A stretch of 64,000 bases of DNA. It comes from Promethearchaeota archaeon (GTDB taxonomy: Archaea; Asgardarchaeota; Heimdallarchaeia; Hodarchaeales; Hodarchaeaceae). The position numbers were made by a program, and so were the translations under genes. The notes under the pieces are model-generated. The model was given only the letters and a program-made list of their open reading frames with translations, had not been told where the DNA came from and did not search any database. The DNA lies in the NCBI GenBank assembly GCA_048938105.1, contig JBHLMN010000001.1:428921-492920 (forward strand). Direction: 5' to 3'. This document shows positions 19,587 to 29,940 of this stretch, in pieces (the first letter of the stretch is position 1; each line of letters opens with the position of its first letter).

Positions 19587-22500
19587 TCAAAAGATATAGT
19601 CTTCTAAACCAATATCAATATTCCTTCCTTTCTTAGTTGGTTCTATTAATTCCTTTGCTAATTTCAAAGTTGTTTTAGCTAATTCTGATCCAAAACCTGG
19701 CAGCTGACTTAATTCGGTATCAGTAAGTTTCAATAGCTTAGTTATATCACGAATCCCATGGTCTAACAGAATACGAGCCCTTTTTCGTCCTATTCCTTTA
19801 ATTCTGGTTAAACTAACCGCATCACTTTTGATCCCATACTTGACTCTATCACTTAGAGATAAAGCTGCTTTCATTAGGGGATGATATTTTTTATTACTTC
19901 TTGACTTTAAATGAGCAATTTCAGCTGTTGCAGATATCAACCAAGTAGCAGTTTCTACTATTCGCTGAACATCACCAGAACCAATCTTGTACCGCATGAT
20001 GATTCGTTCAATTGGCAATTCTTTTATCCAATCCCACAAAAACAGAACCGTACGGAAATCACGTAAACGAAACTCATATTCAATCTCGTGTGCTTTTGGA
20101 ACATCTCGTACTAATCTAAAGGCGAATCGTTCAAATCTTTTCTCTGTAGTTTTCCAGTCACTCTTACGAAATGACAATGTAACCATATCAGGGGTACCGA
20201 CTATTAGATCAAGAAGCGCAACGGGATGGACTTTTGATCGGGACTGTTGAATAGCTCCATTAAGCCCTTCTACTATAGTTGCTGCGGTTTCGGGATCTAA
20301 ATAGAGTTGACTAACACGAAGCCCATAAAGGGTGGGTTCAAGAGTTTCATTTACATCAAGCGGTTTAATCATTTCCCATCCTATAAGAAGATCGACCACT
20401 TCCCTGATTTTTCCCTCCAAGAATACTGCTTCAAATTGAAAGCCATAGAAAGTCTTTTCAAAAAAATGTAATAAATCAGGTATAGTACCAACTACTTTTG
20501 AGGCAATTAATCCTAAGACAGCTCTACGTAATGCAGGTTTAGCAGCTAATTTCGAATACACAGCTTCAGGATCACGAAGAATATAGCGGTCCATTAGCCA
20601 ACTTACCGCCCTTGGCTGCTTTGCTAACAAGATCGATTCCCCCTCGTTGTCAAATTGAGGACGCCCAGCTCTTCCGGACATTTGTTTGTACTCTAGGGTC
20701 TTGATAGGATGAGATCCTTCTTCGATAGAATATCTATAAACACTGGAAACAACAACGCGCTTCGCAGGAAGATTGACACCTGCAGAATTATGTACAATGA
20801 AACCATTAGCCACAAACATATGATCATTACTTGGATTATTCGCTAATACAATATCATATACAGGAGCGTTATTAGGGACACTTCTAACTGATCGTACAAA
20901 ATCCCAAAAAATATCTTTATCAAAATCAGAATCTCTCCATCCCTTTTTCATTGAATACTCAATGGGGTTATTACATAAAGGACAATTAAGTAATTTAAAT
21001 ACATTATTAAAATTTTTATCTTTTTTAAGTAAGTTTTCAAAGATCCAACATCCAATTGGGTTCAAGCTCCAGAACCACTCTGTATTACTTATTTTTCCTA
21101 TTTTTTTCTTCTTAATCAACTCATAATGATGATCTAATCTTCTTTCACCTTTTTTAGGTTCAAATCCAAGCAATTCTTTAATTTTTCTCGAACCTAACTC
21201 ACCTCTATTTCCGAGTAATTTAATAATTTCTAATTTCTTCTTTCCCCACTCTTTTTGTGATTTAGTCCTCCCTGAAAATAGATCCCTATAGATTTTATAT
21301 TTGCACCTTAGACATGTAATATAATGTATATTGGATTTAATTTCTGTTACTAATTTCATCAAATCTCGTTGTTTTCTTTGAACTCCAAACCCAATGGATT
21401 CAGAAAATTCAAGAATACATTTTTTTTGAGAAATCAATAGCTCAGAATATTTTTTTGTTCTATATTTCTTATCATGCATTTTTATGATATTTTCTTTTCT
21501 TGGCCTTAAGCTGCATACAATACCAAATCTGAGTAATAATTTTTGAATTTGTTTAACTAATATTTCAGAGGTATTAGAAAATCCTATTGACCTACCTTTA
21601 TTGACATAACCATCTGAATCAAAGAGACCCATCAATAAAGAAGTAATATTCTCATTTTGCATTTCCATGATTTTTTCAGAAATATATTTTCTTATTGATT
21701 TTTCAACTCCACATCGCACTAGAAATGTTCTGAACCATTTATTTTTTCCCATGACGAGTTCAGGAGTTCCATATGAGTTTACTTTCCTTTTGAAAGATAC
21801 ATTTAATTTCGTACACACATTCTGACAATATTTTAAGATTTCCTCGTCTGAATTAACAATAGTGGGTGAACCTTTGAAAATTATCCTATCTCCAACCGTT
21901 TCTGCTCCTGAATAACCATCACCTAGCATAAGTCCAATGAAATAAGCTAAATGAGGATCAAATTCATATGATCCAATATTTCTGTCACAATTTTGGGTGA
22001 AATTATGAATAATGTATTTTTTTGTATTTTTAATTCTTAAATTTCCAATTGTAGCGATTCTATCATTTTTCCGAACTAAAGCAGCTCGAATAGTTGATTT
22101 TTTGTTTTTTCTTTTCACTAACATTTTATGGTTTGGTGTAACTTTGATAGTGTATCCAGAAACAGACGTGATCTCAATTAAATCTGAATCATTGTTATTG
22201 ATATTGATTTCCTCAATTGTTAATGGGATTAGGGAGTTATTTTGTAATACAAATGGTCTTGTAGAGGAATCTAATTGTGATACTTTAGTTTGGCAAGTTC
22301 CGTGCCAGATCATGGTGTCTTCAGCAAGACAAAGTGTTGGTGTAGCGCAAAGAACCTTGACCAATCCTTTTTTGAACGCTTTTTCAATAAGATCTCGTTG
22401 TCGTGAATTGAGTCCTGCATGATGGAAGGTAACTCCACGTTTAATGGTTTCAGCTAACTTTGAAGAAAGAGGGTCAGAAAGATTAAGAACAATTTGAGAG

Positions 22501-23381
22501 GAAAGGTCATTTAAGTGCTTTGCATCCCCTGGTTCAATCAATGATTCAATACTTTTGCCAATTCTCTCCGCTGTAGCAACCGCTGACCTTCTTGATGGAT
22601 TGAAAATGAGTACTTGTTCTTGGGAGTGAACTGAATCAAGTGCAATATTGAGCAATTGATCTTTACGGCGAAAAGGTATTTCTCGAGAGGAAAAATCTGA
22701 ATAAGTTATTTGATCCTCAAAAAAAACTCCTTCCTTTAAAGGAACTGGTCTCCAATCGCTTTGAACTAGTTCCGCATTCAACCATTCAGCAAGCTCATCT
22801 GCATTTCCAATAGTGGCACTCAAAGCTATAATCTGAGAGTGAGAATTTTCAATCAATAATCGAGCTATTAAAATTTCTAACGTTGGTCCTCGATGTTGAT
22901 CATTTAATAAATGACATTCATCAACGATAACCAGGCTGACTTGATCCTTTATCCAGCTGACTTGATGACGTAGAAGGGCATCCATTTTTTCATTAGTTGA
23001 CACTATAATGTCATATCTGGGAAGATAGCTATCCGCTGAATCATAGTCACCAGAGGTAACAGCTACCCGAATTCCTAGACTCTCAAACCGTTTCAGATCA
23101 TTATATTTTTCTGAAGCCAATGCTCGTAATGGACATAGATAAATGGCTTTTCCGTTAAGTTCAATTACATGCTTTAAAGCTGCTATCTCTGCAAGCAATG
23201 TTTTGCCTGCAGCTGTAGGAATAGAAATAACAAAGTTTTTCCCTGTTAATAATCCTTGATTAATAGCTTCTATCTGGGGAGGATAAAGGTTTTTAATTCC
23301 ATCTTTTTCAATTATCACTTTTTTAATTCGCTCATCAAGAGCAAGTGACTCAATAAGCATAAATAACCCAGATTGCATCAA
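19587..23381 (-). CDS. hel308: Ski2-like DNA helicase Hel308/Hjm, intein-containing
   Basis: PTAAGKT, DECH, SAT, HHAGL, ATPTL|SAGVNLPA, QMSGRAGRP, C-terminal HhH. Confidence 0.94.
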   Translation of the reverse strand: MMQSGLFMLIESLALDERIKKVIIEKDGIKNLYPPQIEAINQGLLTGKNFVISIPTAAGKTLLAEIAALKHVIELNGKAIYLCPLRALASEKYNDLKRFESLGIRVAVTSGDYDSADSYLPRYDIIVSTNEKMDALLRHQVSWIKDQVSLVIVDECHLLNDQHRGPTLEILIARLLIENSHSQIIALSATIGNADELAEWLNAELVQSDWRPVPLKEGVFFEDQITYSDFSSREIPFRRKDQLLNIALDSVHSQEQVLIFNPSRRSAVATAERIGKSIESLIEPGDAKHLNDLSSQIVLNLSDPLSSKLAETIKRGVTFHHAGLNSRQRDLIEKAFKKGLVKVLCATPTLCLAEDTMIWHGTCQTKVSQLDSSTRPFVLQNNSLIPLTIEEININNNDSDLIEITSVSGYTIKVTPNHKMLVKRKNKKSTIRAALVRKNDRIATIGNLRIKNTKKYIIHNFTQNCDRNIGSYEFDPHLAYFIGLMLGDGYSGAETVGDRIIFKGSPTIVNSDEEILKYCQNVCTKLNVSFKRKVNSYGTPELVMGKNKWFRTFLVRCGVEKSIRKYISEKIMEMQNENITSLLMGLFDSDGYVNKGRSIGFSNTSEILVKQIQKLLLRFGIVCSLRPRKENIIKMHDKKYRTKKYSELLISQKKCILEFSESIGFGVQRKQRDLMKLVTEIKSNIHYITCLRCKYKIYRDLFSGRTKSQKEWGKKKLEIIKLLGNRGELGSRKIKELLGFEPKKGERRLDHHYELIKKKKIGKISNTEWFWSLNPIGCWIFENLLKKDKNFNNVFKLLNCPLCNNPIEYSMKKGWRDSDFDKDIFWDFVRSVRSVPNNAPVYDIVLANNPSNDHMFVANGFIVHNSAGVNLPAKRVVVSSVYRYSIEEGSHPIKTLEYKQMSGRAGRPQFDNEGESILLAKQPRAVSWLMDRYILRDPEAVYSKLAAKPALRRAVLGLIASKVVGTIPDLLHFFEKTFYGFQFEAVFLEGKIREVVDLLIGWEMIKPLDVNETLEPTLYGLRVSQLYLDPETAATIVEGLNGAIQQSRSKVHPVALLDLIVGTPDMVTLSFRKSDWKTTEKRFERFAFRLVRDVPKAHEIEYEFRLRDFRTVLFLWDWIKELPIERIIMRYKIGSGDVQRIVETATWLISATAEIAHLKSRSNKKYHPLMKAALSLSDRVKYGIKSDAVSLTRIKGIGRKRARILLDHGIRDITKLLKLTDTELSQLPGFGSELAKTTLKLAKELIEPTKKGRNIDIGLEDYIF
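20787..22331 (-). mobile_element. Intein (515 aa) with LAGLIDADG homing endonuclease in Hel308
   Basis: Starts CLAEDT, block B VTPNH, LAGLIDADG motifs IGLMLGDG and LMGLFDSDG, ends GFIVHN followed by Ser. Confidence 0.93.
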
Positions 23382-23383
23382 TC

Positions 23384-26300
23384 TTATGGCCGTTTAACAT
23401 ATCCTGGCTGGGGTTCAAACAATATTCCACGTCGTGTCATTTCATCTATAGCTTTCACTATTTGATTCTTACTAATACCTTCCTCCACTGCTTTATCAAT
23501 TATATCTTTAATCGCCACTGGTTCCTCATCCTCAGCCTCTTCAAACATTCGATCAATCAATGTATCAATCTGATCTAGCCGACGTCTCGATCTTGCACTC
23601 ATATCTGACGCATACTTATCAATATCCAATTTCCCTGTTTCAGTATCTTTGGCCAACTTCTCCAACGTAGCATTCATCAAATTGACGGCACCAGACGCAT
23701 CATCGTACGATACTTCATTGGTTAGACGCATTTTAGCTCGCGCCTCGGCTAATCGAACCAATGATTCTAATTGACGAGGAGTGATTGCTATTGGTTCGAG
23801 CTGACCTTCTTCCACTTTCCCACTTGAACGACGTAATTCCTTGTAGTATTCCAAAAGACGTTCCTCAGCCTCATCTGAAAGGCGAGGATGAATTTCTCGT
23901 CTCGCATAAGCAATATACTTACGTAATAAATCCTGTTCAATTGGAGGGCTCGTAGGAAGAGTTTGTGATTTATGAAGTTGTAGAATATGAGTAGCTAAAT
24001 CGTGATCTTCTTTTAAATCTGGTTTGTCCTCTAAGACAAAAATTAAATCAAATCGGGATAAAATTGTAGGAGGAAGATTTAAATTGTCTGCGGTGGCTTT
24101 AAAGGGATTCCATCTTCCCCTGCGAGGATTAGCTGCCGCTAAGATTGAGGTTCGAGCGTTGAGGGTGGCTACTATCCCTGCTTTAGCGATAGATATCGTG
24201 TGCTGCTCCATCGCTTCATGGATAGCACTCCGATCTTCAGCACGCATTTTATCGAATTCGTCAACCATCGCGATCCCCTGATCAGCCAGAACGAGGGCTC
24301 CTGCTTCTAACGTGATTTCTCCTGTGTCTTGGTCTCTAATCACAGCTGCAGTATTATGTGTTACAAACCCATTCACGATAAAGTTATGTGTTTCAGGGAT
24401 CGTTAAATCATATACAAACTCATCCTTTGATGATATTATTTCCTCTACTTGAGTGATTTCATCCCACATTATATCTGAATCACAAAGTTTCACTAATAAA
24501 TCATACTTTTTCTTAATTACTTCTTCTTTTTGATTGATAGACCAAATTAGCTCATTAAAATATCTAGTTATCGTATTAGAGAGAATGATTTCCGTCTCAT
24601 TCAATATTTTTGCTATTAATCCAATGGGAATCCAGGGGTTTCTATTCTTTCTTATAAAATACTCATAAACCTTATCTTGAGCAATCTGTGTTTGAGAAGA
24701 GTTAAAAAATGTTTTAAGTTCCTTATACAATAGAAACCTCATTTCATTAGGTATTCTAACTTTATGACGCATCCAATTAGTATCAATTTTCTCAAGAATT
24801 GACTTCAATTGTGAACGAGTCATTGCCTTTTTAAGTTGGGAACGAGAAAATGCTCCTTTATAACCAGTTAATTCCCTACTCGTATATCCATAAAAATTAA
24901 TAATTGGTTTTAATAAAACTCTCGCTGAAGGTACATTGTCGATATTTCTATGGTCATTTTTCTTAGTTAAACAGTAATTATGAAGAATTTCACTCTTTTT
25001 GGGATGCCTAAAGCCAATAAATTGCTCAAATATTTTGAAATCAGAATAAGAATTAAATATTAATTCAAATTTCACTTTTTTACTGATTATTTTTCGTCCA
25101 GATTTTGTAGTTACGATTCGTGGCTCTCTTTGTCGAGTATAAGTAATAATACCAAGTGTAAGTAATGCATACCTTATGAATTCGATTAGATCTTTACTTG
25201 TCGAAGTTATTCCAATTTGAGAGGATCCCTCTTCACGGACGCTTATCCAACCGTCTGAATCAAATAATCCTCTCAAAAAATTATGAAGGTACCCTTCAGG
25301 ATAATATAACAAATCTTTTGTGGGATTGAGAGTGCTGGATTTTGGAGAAGGTGATAAGCCAAATTTTGAAAAAATGTGATATAGTATCCTAGACCAAATT
25401 CGGTATTCCATTGGTCTTTCTTCACTTTCTTTCCCTTTATTTACTTTGATAGAAATTTTTTCACAAAATTCATCGAATTCTTTCAGGATTCTCTCCTCTC
25501 GATTAGAAAGGCCAATGCACACGCCCCCATATCTACCCTCTTGGTTATCCTCCAAAACCCTTCCATCTCCAAATATTACTCCAAGTATATAAAACCAGTT
25601 TTTATCTAATCTTTTTGGTAATTTTAACCGTTGTCCTTTCTTAATTTCGACTTCTATTATTTTTGGCAATTGTGTTTCGACATTACTTTCAGCTAATTGA
25701 CATAAATCTTCGAAAAGCTTTAATGAAATATTTCCTAGTCGTTCACTATTCTTCCATCTATATATTGCATCTTTTGCAACACCTAGTTGGTCAGTAATAT
25801 CTTTGTTTGTCATTAAAGTTTTTTTCTTAATCCTATTATGTAATTTAGTAACAATTTGAGCAACATTTGTTAGGATTATTTCATTCGGGTAATCCTTAAT
25901 CAATTCATAAACAGAGGGTACTTCTTTTCTTTCCTTAATTAATAAACAACGAGAAGTTGCTACTCTTTCATTTATCTTTATGGTTTTCGCTTGTTTCCAG
26001 ACTAATCCTTCATCACTCATTGAAAGGAGACTCGTTTCCGGAGTTAATACAATCTCATTTCCTGTTCTAGTACTTATTCTAAATAATTTTTCAGGATGTT
26101 TGATTCGCCATACTCGGGAAATAGGATCTGTGGTTATATTCAGATTTTTTGAATGGTAGGTCCTATAATCAGCTGTTATTTTCTTATATTCTATTTCTTC
26201 AGTATATTTCTCTACTCCACCTTTTTCAAATTCATTATTAACAAAATCAGATATAGATGTGACTCTATCAGTGAGAAAAATAGTACTATCTCCAGAAACA

Positions 26301-27406
26301 CATAGCCCTGCCGCGGTACTTCCCTTACCTGTCGTATATAACGCTCGTGGGGCCAATTGGGACACAAATTTAAGAATCTGGCTTTTTCCCGTTCCAGGAT
26401 CCCCTACAATGAGAATGTTCGACTCTCCCCTCAATTTCATCCCATCAGGCATCTCTTTTGCCGTTCCACCAAATAATAATGATGCAATTGCTTCTTTTAC
26501 AAGGTCATGTCCATAAATGGACGGAGCTAATGAATCTCGAATTTTCTCAATTACATATGGGGATTTAGAGAGATCGATAATTTTTAACTCATCCTCCTCA
26601 GAAATCTCGATATCAACATATTCTTCTGTTTCGCGTGAAATCGAAATCCCATGAAAAAATTTCCCATAGGTAGCCAATTGTCCTCTTTTTAAAAGACGAG
26701 ATGCTCTTGCTTTAAGAATTCCTACAATTTCCACACGATCTCCAGGTCTAGCGTGATCTACCAGGTCATCAAGTACATGGATGGACGTACTTTGGGGTAA
26801 TTGTCCTGGTGGAAGTTCTTCAGGCTTTTCTTGCAAAGTAATCTTTTGCCAGTCTATGAAATCACTCCTATCTAATTGAAGCTGTAGGGATCCTTTTCTT
26901 TGACAATGTTCATTACGACATTGATACGGGGGTGTATAAATACCCTCAGGAAAATCAACAGTTTGATTTTCACCACACGATGCACATTTAAAATGGCCTC
27001 GTATTAACAGAGGCTTAGCGTCTGTCACTCCAATGACAATACCCTCAAAACATGTGAGAATTTCTAAATGTTCAGTTTTTAAAGAACGTAACAGGAGTTT
27101 TTCTGAAAGGTCTGTAATTCTAACATGGACTTGCTTTATTCGCTCTATATATTCAGGATTTATTTCAACTAATTTTGAGCGTAATACCTCCTCACCTGCA
27201 GAGATGCTTAGCTCTGGATTTACTAAAGTTTCCTTGGCTAATTTTGGATCTTGAATAAGCAAATCATTATATGAGATATATAGACTCCTTGCGCCTATTG
27301 TCTCCATTTCGCGGATTTTTTCCTGATAGTGTAATTGGCCATCCTGGTCTGTAAATTCCTCAATGAATGATTCAAATCGGCCCCTTAAATCAAATGGAAA
27401 ACCCAT
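23384..27406 (-). CDS. mcm: Replicative helicase MCM, intein-containing
   Basis: Zn finger CASC..C..C, GDPGTGKSQ, VDEFDKM, AAANP, SRFD, ITPRQLES. Confidence 0.96.
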   Translation of the reverse strand: MGFPFDLRGRFESFIEEFTDQDGQLHYQEKIREMETIGARSLYISYNDLLIQDPKLAKETLVNPELSISAGEEVLRSKLVEINPEYIERIKQVHVRITDLSEKLLLRSLKTEHLEILTCFEGIVIGVTDAKPLLIRGHFKCASCGENQTVDFPEGIYTPPYQCRNEHCQRKGSLQLQLDRSDFIDWQKITLQEKPEELPPGQLPQSTSIHVLDDLVDHARPGDRVEIVGILKARASRLLKRGQLATYGKFFHGISISRETEEYVDIEISEEDELKIIDLSKSPYVIEKIRDSLAPSIYGHDLVKEAIASLLFGGTAKEMPDGMKLRGESNILIVGDPGTGKSQILKFVSQLAPRALYTTGKGSTAAGLCVSGDSTIFLTDRVTSISDFVNNEFEKGGVEKYTEEIEYKKITADYRTYHSKNLNITTDPISRVWRIKHPEKLFRISTRTGNEIVLTPETSLLSMSDEGLVWKQAKTIKINERVATSRCLLIKERKEVPSVYELIKDYPNEIILTNVAQIVTKLHNRIKKKTLMTNKDITDQLGVAKDAIYRWKNSERLGNISLKLFEDLCQLAESNVETQLPKIIEVEIKKGQRLKLPKRLDKNWFYILGVIFGDGRVLEDNQEGRYGGVCIGLSNREERILKEFDEFCEKISIKVNKGKESEERPMEYRIWSRILYHIFSKFGLSPSPKSSTLNPTKDLLYYPEGYLHNFLRGLFDSDGWISVREEGSSQIGITSTSKDLIEFIRYALLTLGIITYTRQREPRIVTTKSGRKIISKKVKFELIFNSYSDFKIFEQFIGFRHPKKSEILHNYCLTKKNDHRNIDNVPSARVLLKPIINFYGYTSRELTGYKGAFSRSQLKKAMTRSQLKSILEKIDTNWMRHKVRIPNEMRFLLYKELKTFFNSSQTQIAQDKVYEYFIRKNRNPWIPIGLIAKILNETEIILSNTITRYFNELIWSINQKEEVIKKKYDLLVKLCDSDIMWDEITQVEEIISSKDEFVYDLTIPETHNFIVNGFVTHNTAAVIRDQDTGEITLEAGALVLADQGIAMVDEFDKMRAEDRSAIHEAMEQHTISIAKAGIVATLNARTSILAAANPRRGRWNPFKATADNLNLPPTILSRFDLIFVLEDKPDLKEDHDLATHILQLHKSQTLPTSPPIEQDLLRKYIAYARREIHPRLSDEAEERLLEYYKELRRSSGKVEEGQLEPIAITPRQLESLVRLAEARAKMRLTNEVSYDDASGAVNLMNATLEKLAKDTETGKLDIDKYASDMSARSRRRLDQIDTLIDRMFEEAEDEEPVAIKDIIDKAVEEGISKNQIVKAIDEMTRRGILFEPQPGYVKRP
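24353..26302 (-). mobile_element. Intein (650 aa) with LAGLIDADG endonuclease and an HTH insert in MCM (AAGL|TAAV site)
   Basis: Starts CVSGDS, motifs LGVIFGDG and LRGLFDSDG, ends GFVTHN followed by Thr. Confidence 0.93.
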
Positions 27407-27421
27407 ATATAACCCTTCGAC

Positions 27422-28012
27422 CTATTTTTGAATGAATTCTGCTTTCCAGGTTTGAATCCTATCAACGATTTCTTTGAATAAGATTTGTTCTGATGATGTC
27501 AGGTTTTTTTTCTTCTGAGCAAGAACCTTTCTACTATCGGTCATTTTTACGAGTTTTGAGATTCTTTCGTGAGTCAATTGATTATACTTGGTCTTTTGTC
27601 TTTTCTGCTCCAATTCACTAAATTGCGAATCTTTATCTTCCATAGAAAAAACGAAATCCTGCAATAAAAGATGGAAATAGGGGTGAATAGGTTGTAATTC
27701 ACCCGCACGAACTTCTTTACGGACTGCTCCTTCTAAATCCTGCAAAGTGACGGGAAAATTCATCCTAAAATCTTCAATCATTGATCTTTTCCGCAATATT
27801 TCTGCAATGAAATAAGGAATATCAATTTGGGTTCCTTTAGGGGAAGGTGGAATATTTATGTTTTCAAATGAAAAACCAGAAAAGTCCTGAAGAAATTTCA
27901 CGGATACATTGCTTTCTGTTAGCTCAAATCGTACTCTATCTAGCTCACTTGCCATTTCTAGTTGTTTAAAACCCATATCTGTTAATTCAGGTGCCTTTGA
28001 CAAAATTATCAC
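27422..28012 (-). CDS. GINS subunit (Gins23-type, B-domain first)
   Basis: N-terminal V.F.QDF.....KGTQIDIPYFIAEIL B-domain. Immediately upstream of mcm, the usual archaeal context. Confidence 0.8.
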   Translation of the reverse strand: MIILSKAPELTDMGFKQLEMASELDRVRFELTESNVSVKFLQDFSGFSFENINIPPSPKGTQIDIPYFIAEILRKRSMIEDFRMNFPVTLQDLEGAVRKEVRAGELQPIHPYFHLLLQDFVFSMEDKDSQFSELEQKRQKTKYNQLTHERISKLVKMTDSRKVLAQKKKNLTSSEQILFKEIVDRIQTWKAEFIQK

Positions 28013-28437
28013 TTCAAATACCTGTTAAAGAGCAATAATCCCTTTGGTATTCAATATACTTATTTTCATTTCAGATGATCTAGTTTTTTATAGCTTATTT
28101 TAATGAAAAACCTGGTTGTAATTTGCCTCTTAAACTCTATGTTTTCTTATAAGCCTTATTCTAAGTATAATCTTGGAATTTTTAACAAGTATGTATCTTT
28201 GTACCTAGGTTAAAAGCTCTTTCTCCCCTAATTAAAAAGAAATGATCTCCCTAGACTGTACAATATCTCATGTAATGGTTATAATGAACGGAAACAACAC
28301 CCTTTTCGATCGAGATTTTCCATTTTCCTTTCAATGTGTTAATAAATCAGCTATAATTTTCATTTTGCTTATTTATTTGAATATTTTCGGCATTAGGTTC
28401 AATGAATTATATGATCAAACCTCAGTAGGGGATTTAA

Positions 28438-29658
28438 TCATGATTTTTGGAACCTCTTTGAGAGAAATACCTCAATACGTTCGATTAGTACTGCTGCTGG
28501 TACATCATGAATTGTTAAGCGTGCACGAACCCCTTTCCGACCCTTTACCCCCTTCGTCACCTTTCCTAATATCCCAATAGCTTCCAACGTTGACAGGTAA
28601 TTTCGGAATGCAGCTTCAGCATTTGGTCGCAAACCCCATTCCTCACAAATTATCCTGTAGTTTTTAAATGAGTGTTCTATAGTAGTAGCAGTAATTCCTT
28701 TATGGTGCAATCGTCTTGCAATACTCAGAGCAGCAAATAATTCATGGGTTTTTAACTCTTCTAGGATATCCGCACGTAATTCAGGAAAGACATCATTCTT
28801 AGCTCTTCGAATCAGCTCTGGTGTAAGCTCATCTAATCTCTGTTGATCTGCTGCACGACCTGTTCGGTATAAAATCTCGATTCCATGACGTAAATTTTTT
28901 GTTTGGTCAGATATTTCTGCGACCATTTCAAGAATGTCTTCTGAAAGGGCTGTTGTTTTGAAAGCTAAATGTGCTCTGTAGTCAAGTATTTTTCTAGTCT
29001 CTTCCAAAGTATATGGTTGAAATTGTATTACATCAGCAATTCTTTGGGAGACCATTGAGGAAAGTGTTACTTTCCACTCAGTAGGGCGACTAATCATTAT
29101 TATTGAAATACGGTGTTCAGCTCCGAACTCTTCAGGAAGGTGAATAAACCCACGGATATCTTTCTGAGGTAATACACTCACCTCATCTAGTATTAATATT
29201 AAATAAGCCTGTTCAGAATTCAAACGACGAATTAAAATATCAGTAGACTCCTCATCACTAAAACCTCGACTTGCTACTCCGAATTGATCTCGCAGAAAAC
29301 TGCGGAGAATTGAGGTTTTAGTACGTGTTGTCCAACAATTCTTATAATCAGTATAGAGCTTAATATGATGGCGTTCAGCCATAACTTGCAAATGATCAAC
29401 TGTGTATCTTGCAGTCACTGTTTTACCAACACCAGCAGGCCCAGTAAGAGCAATATTAGTTGAAAAACCTTCGATTCCTCTATTTTCTGATAAAAATAAG
29501 GGTCGAAAGTTTTGACTAATTCTTCGTATATTATCTTCTCGAAATTTCAGTTCATTGGGAATATAGGCCTGGTTGAGAGTTTTCTCTCCTCCTTCTTTAA
29601 AGATAGATGATGAAAACACTGCATCACGAATTATATCAACTGATTTCTTATTATTCAT
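28438..29658 (-). CDS. cdc6: Orc1/Cdc6 replication initiator
   Basis: YIP..L.FRE, GPAGVGKT, LILILDE, FQPYT, C-terminal winged helix. Confidence 0.92.
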   Translation of the reverse strand: MNNKKSVDIIRDAVFSSSIFKEGGEKTLNQAYIPNELKFREDNIRRISQNFRPLFLSENRGIEGFSTNIALTGPAGVGKTVTARYTVDHLQVMAERHHIKLYTDYKNCWTTRTKTSILRSFLRDQFGVASRGFSDEESTDILIRRLNSEQAYLILILDEVSVLPQKDIRGFIHLPEEFGAEHRISIIMISRPTEWKVTLSSMVSQRIADVIQFQPYTLEETRKILDYRAHLAFKTTALSEDILEMVAEISDQTKNLRHGIEILYRTGRAADQQRLDELTPELIRRAKNDVFPELRADILEELKTHELFAALSIARRLHHKGITATTIEHSFKNYRIICEEWGLRPNAEAAFRNYLSTLEAIGILGKVTKGVKGRKGVRARLTIHDVPAAVLIERIEVFLSKRFQKS

Positions 29659-29940
29659 GCTTTAGGAAGGCCTCCTCCTATTTTATGGAGTTTAGAGATG
29701 AAATTAGCATTATGAAGGTGGCATTGATTGTTTTTCAGGAGATCTTTCTTCTTTAAATATGCCTTGTTACTATTTCTTACTTATTATTATAAAGGAACAA
29801 TAGAATTAATATGGACCTAAAGTACTCCTATATGCAATTGTTCCACTATAAATTCTCTGAATGATGAACCTTAGCTCGTAAATTAGAAAAAAGTAGTATA
29901 TGAAGAGAATAATTTCATCACAACAGCCAATTGAACTGAA

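Noticed and set aside
28013-29940. Replication origin beside cdc6
   Set aside because: The flanks are AT-rich, but I could not see repeated ORB/mini-ORB motifs with G-strings.
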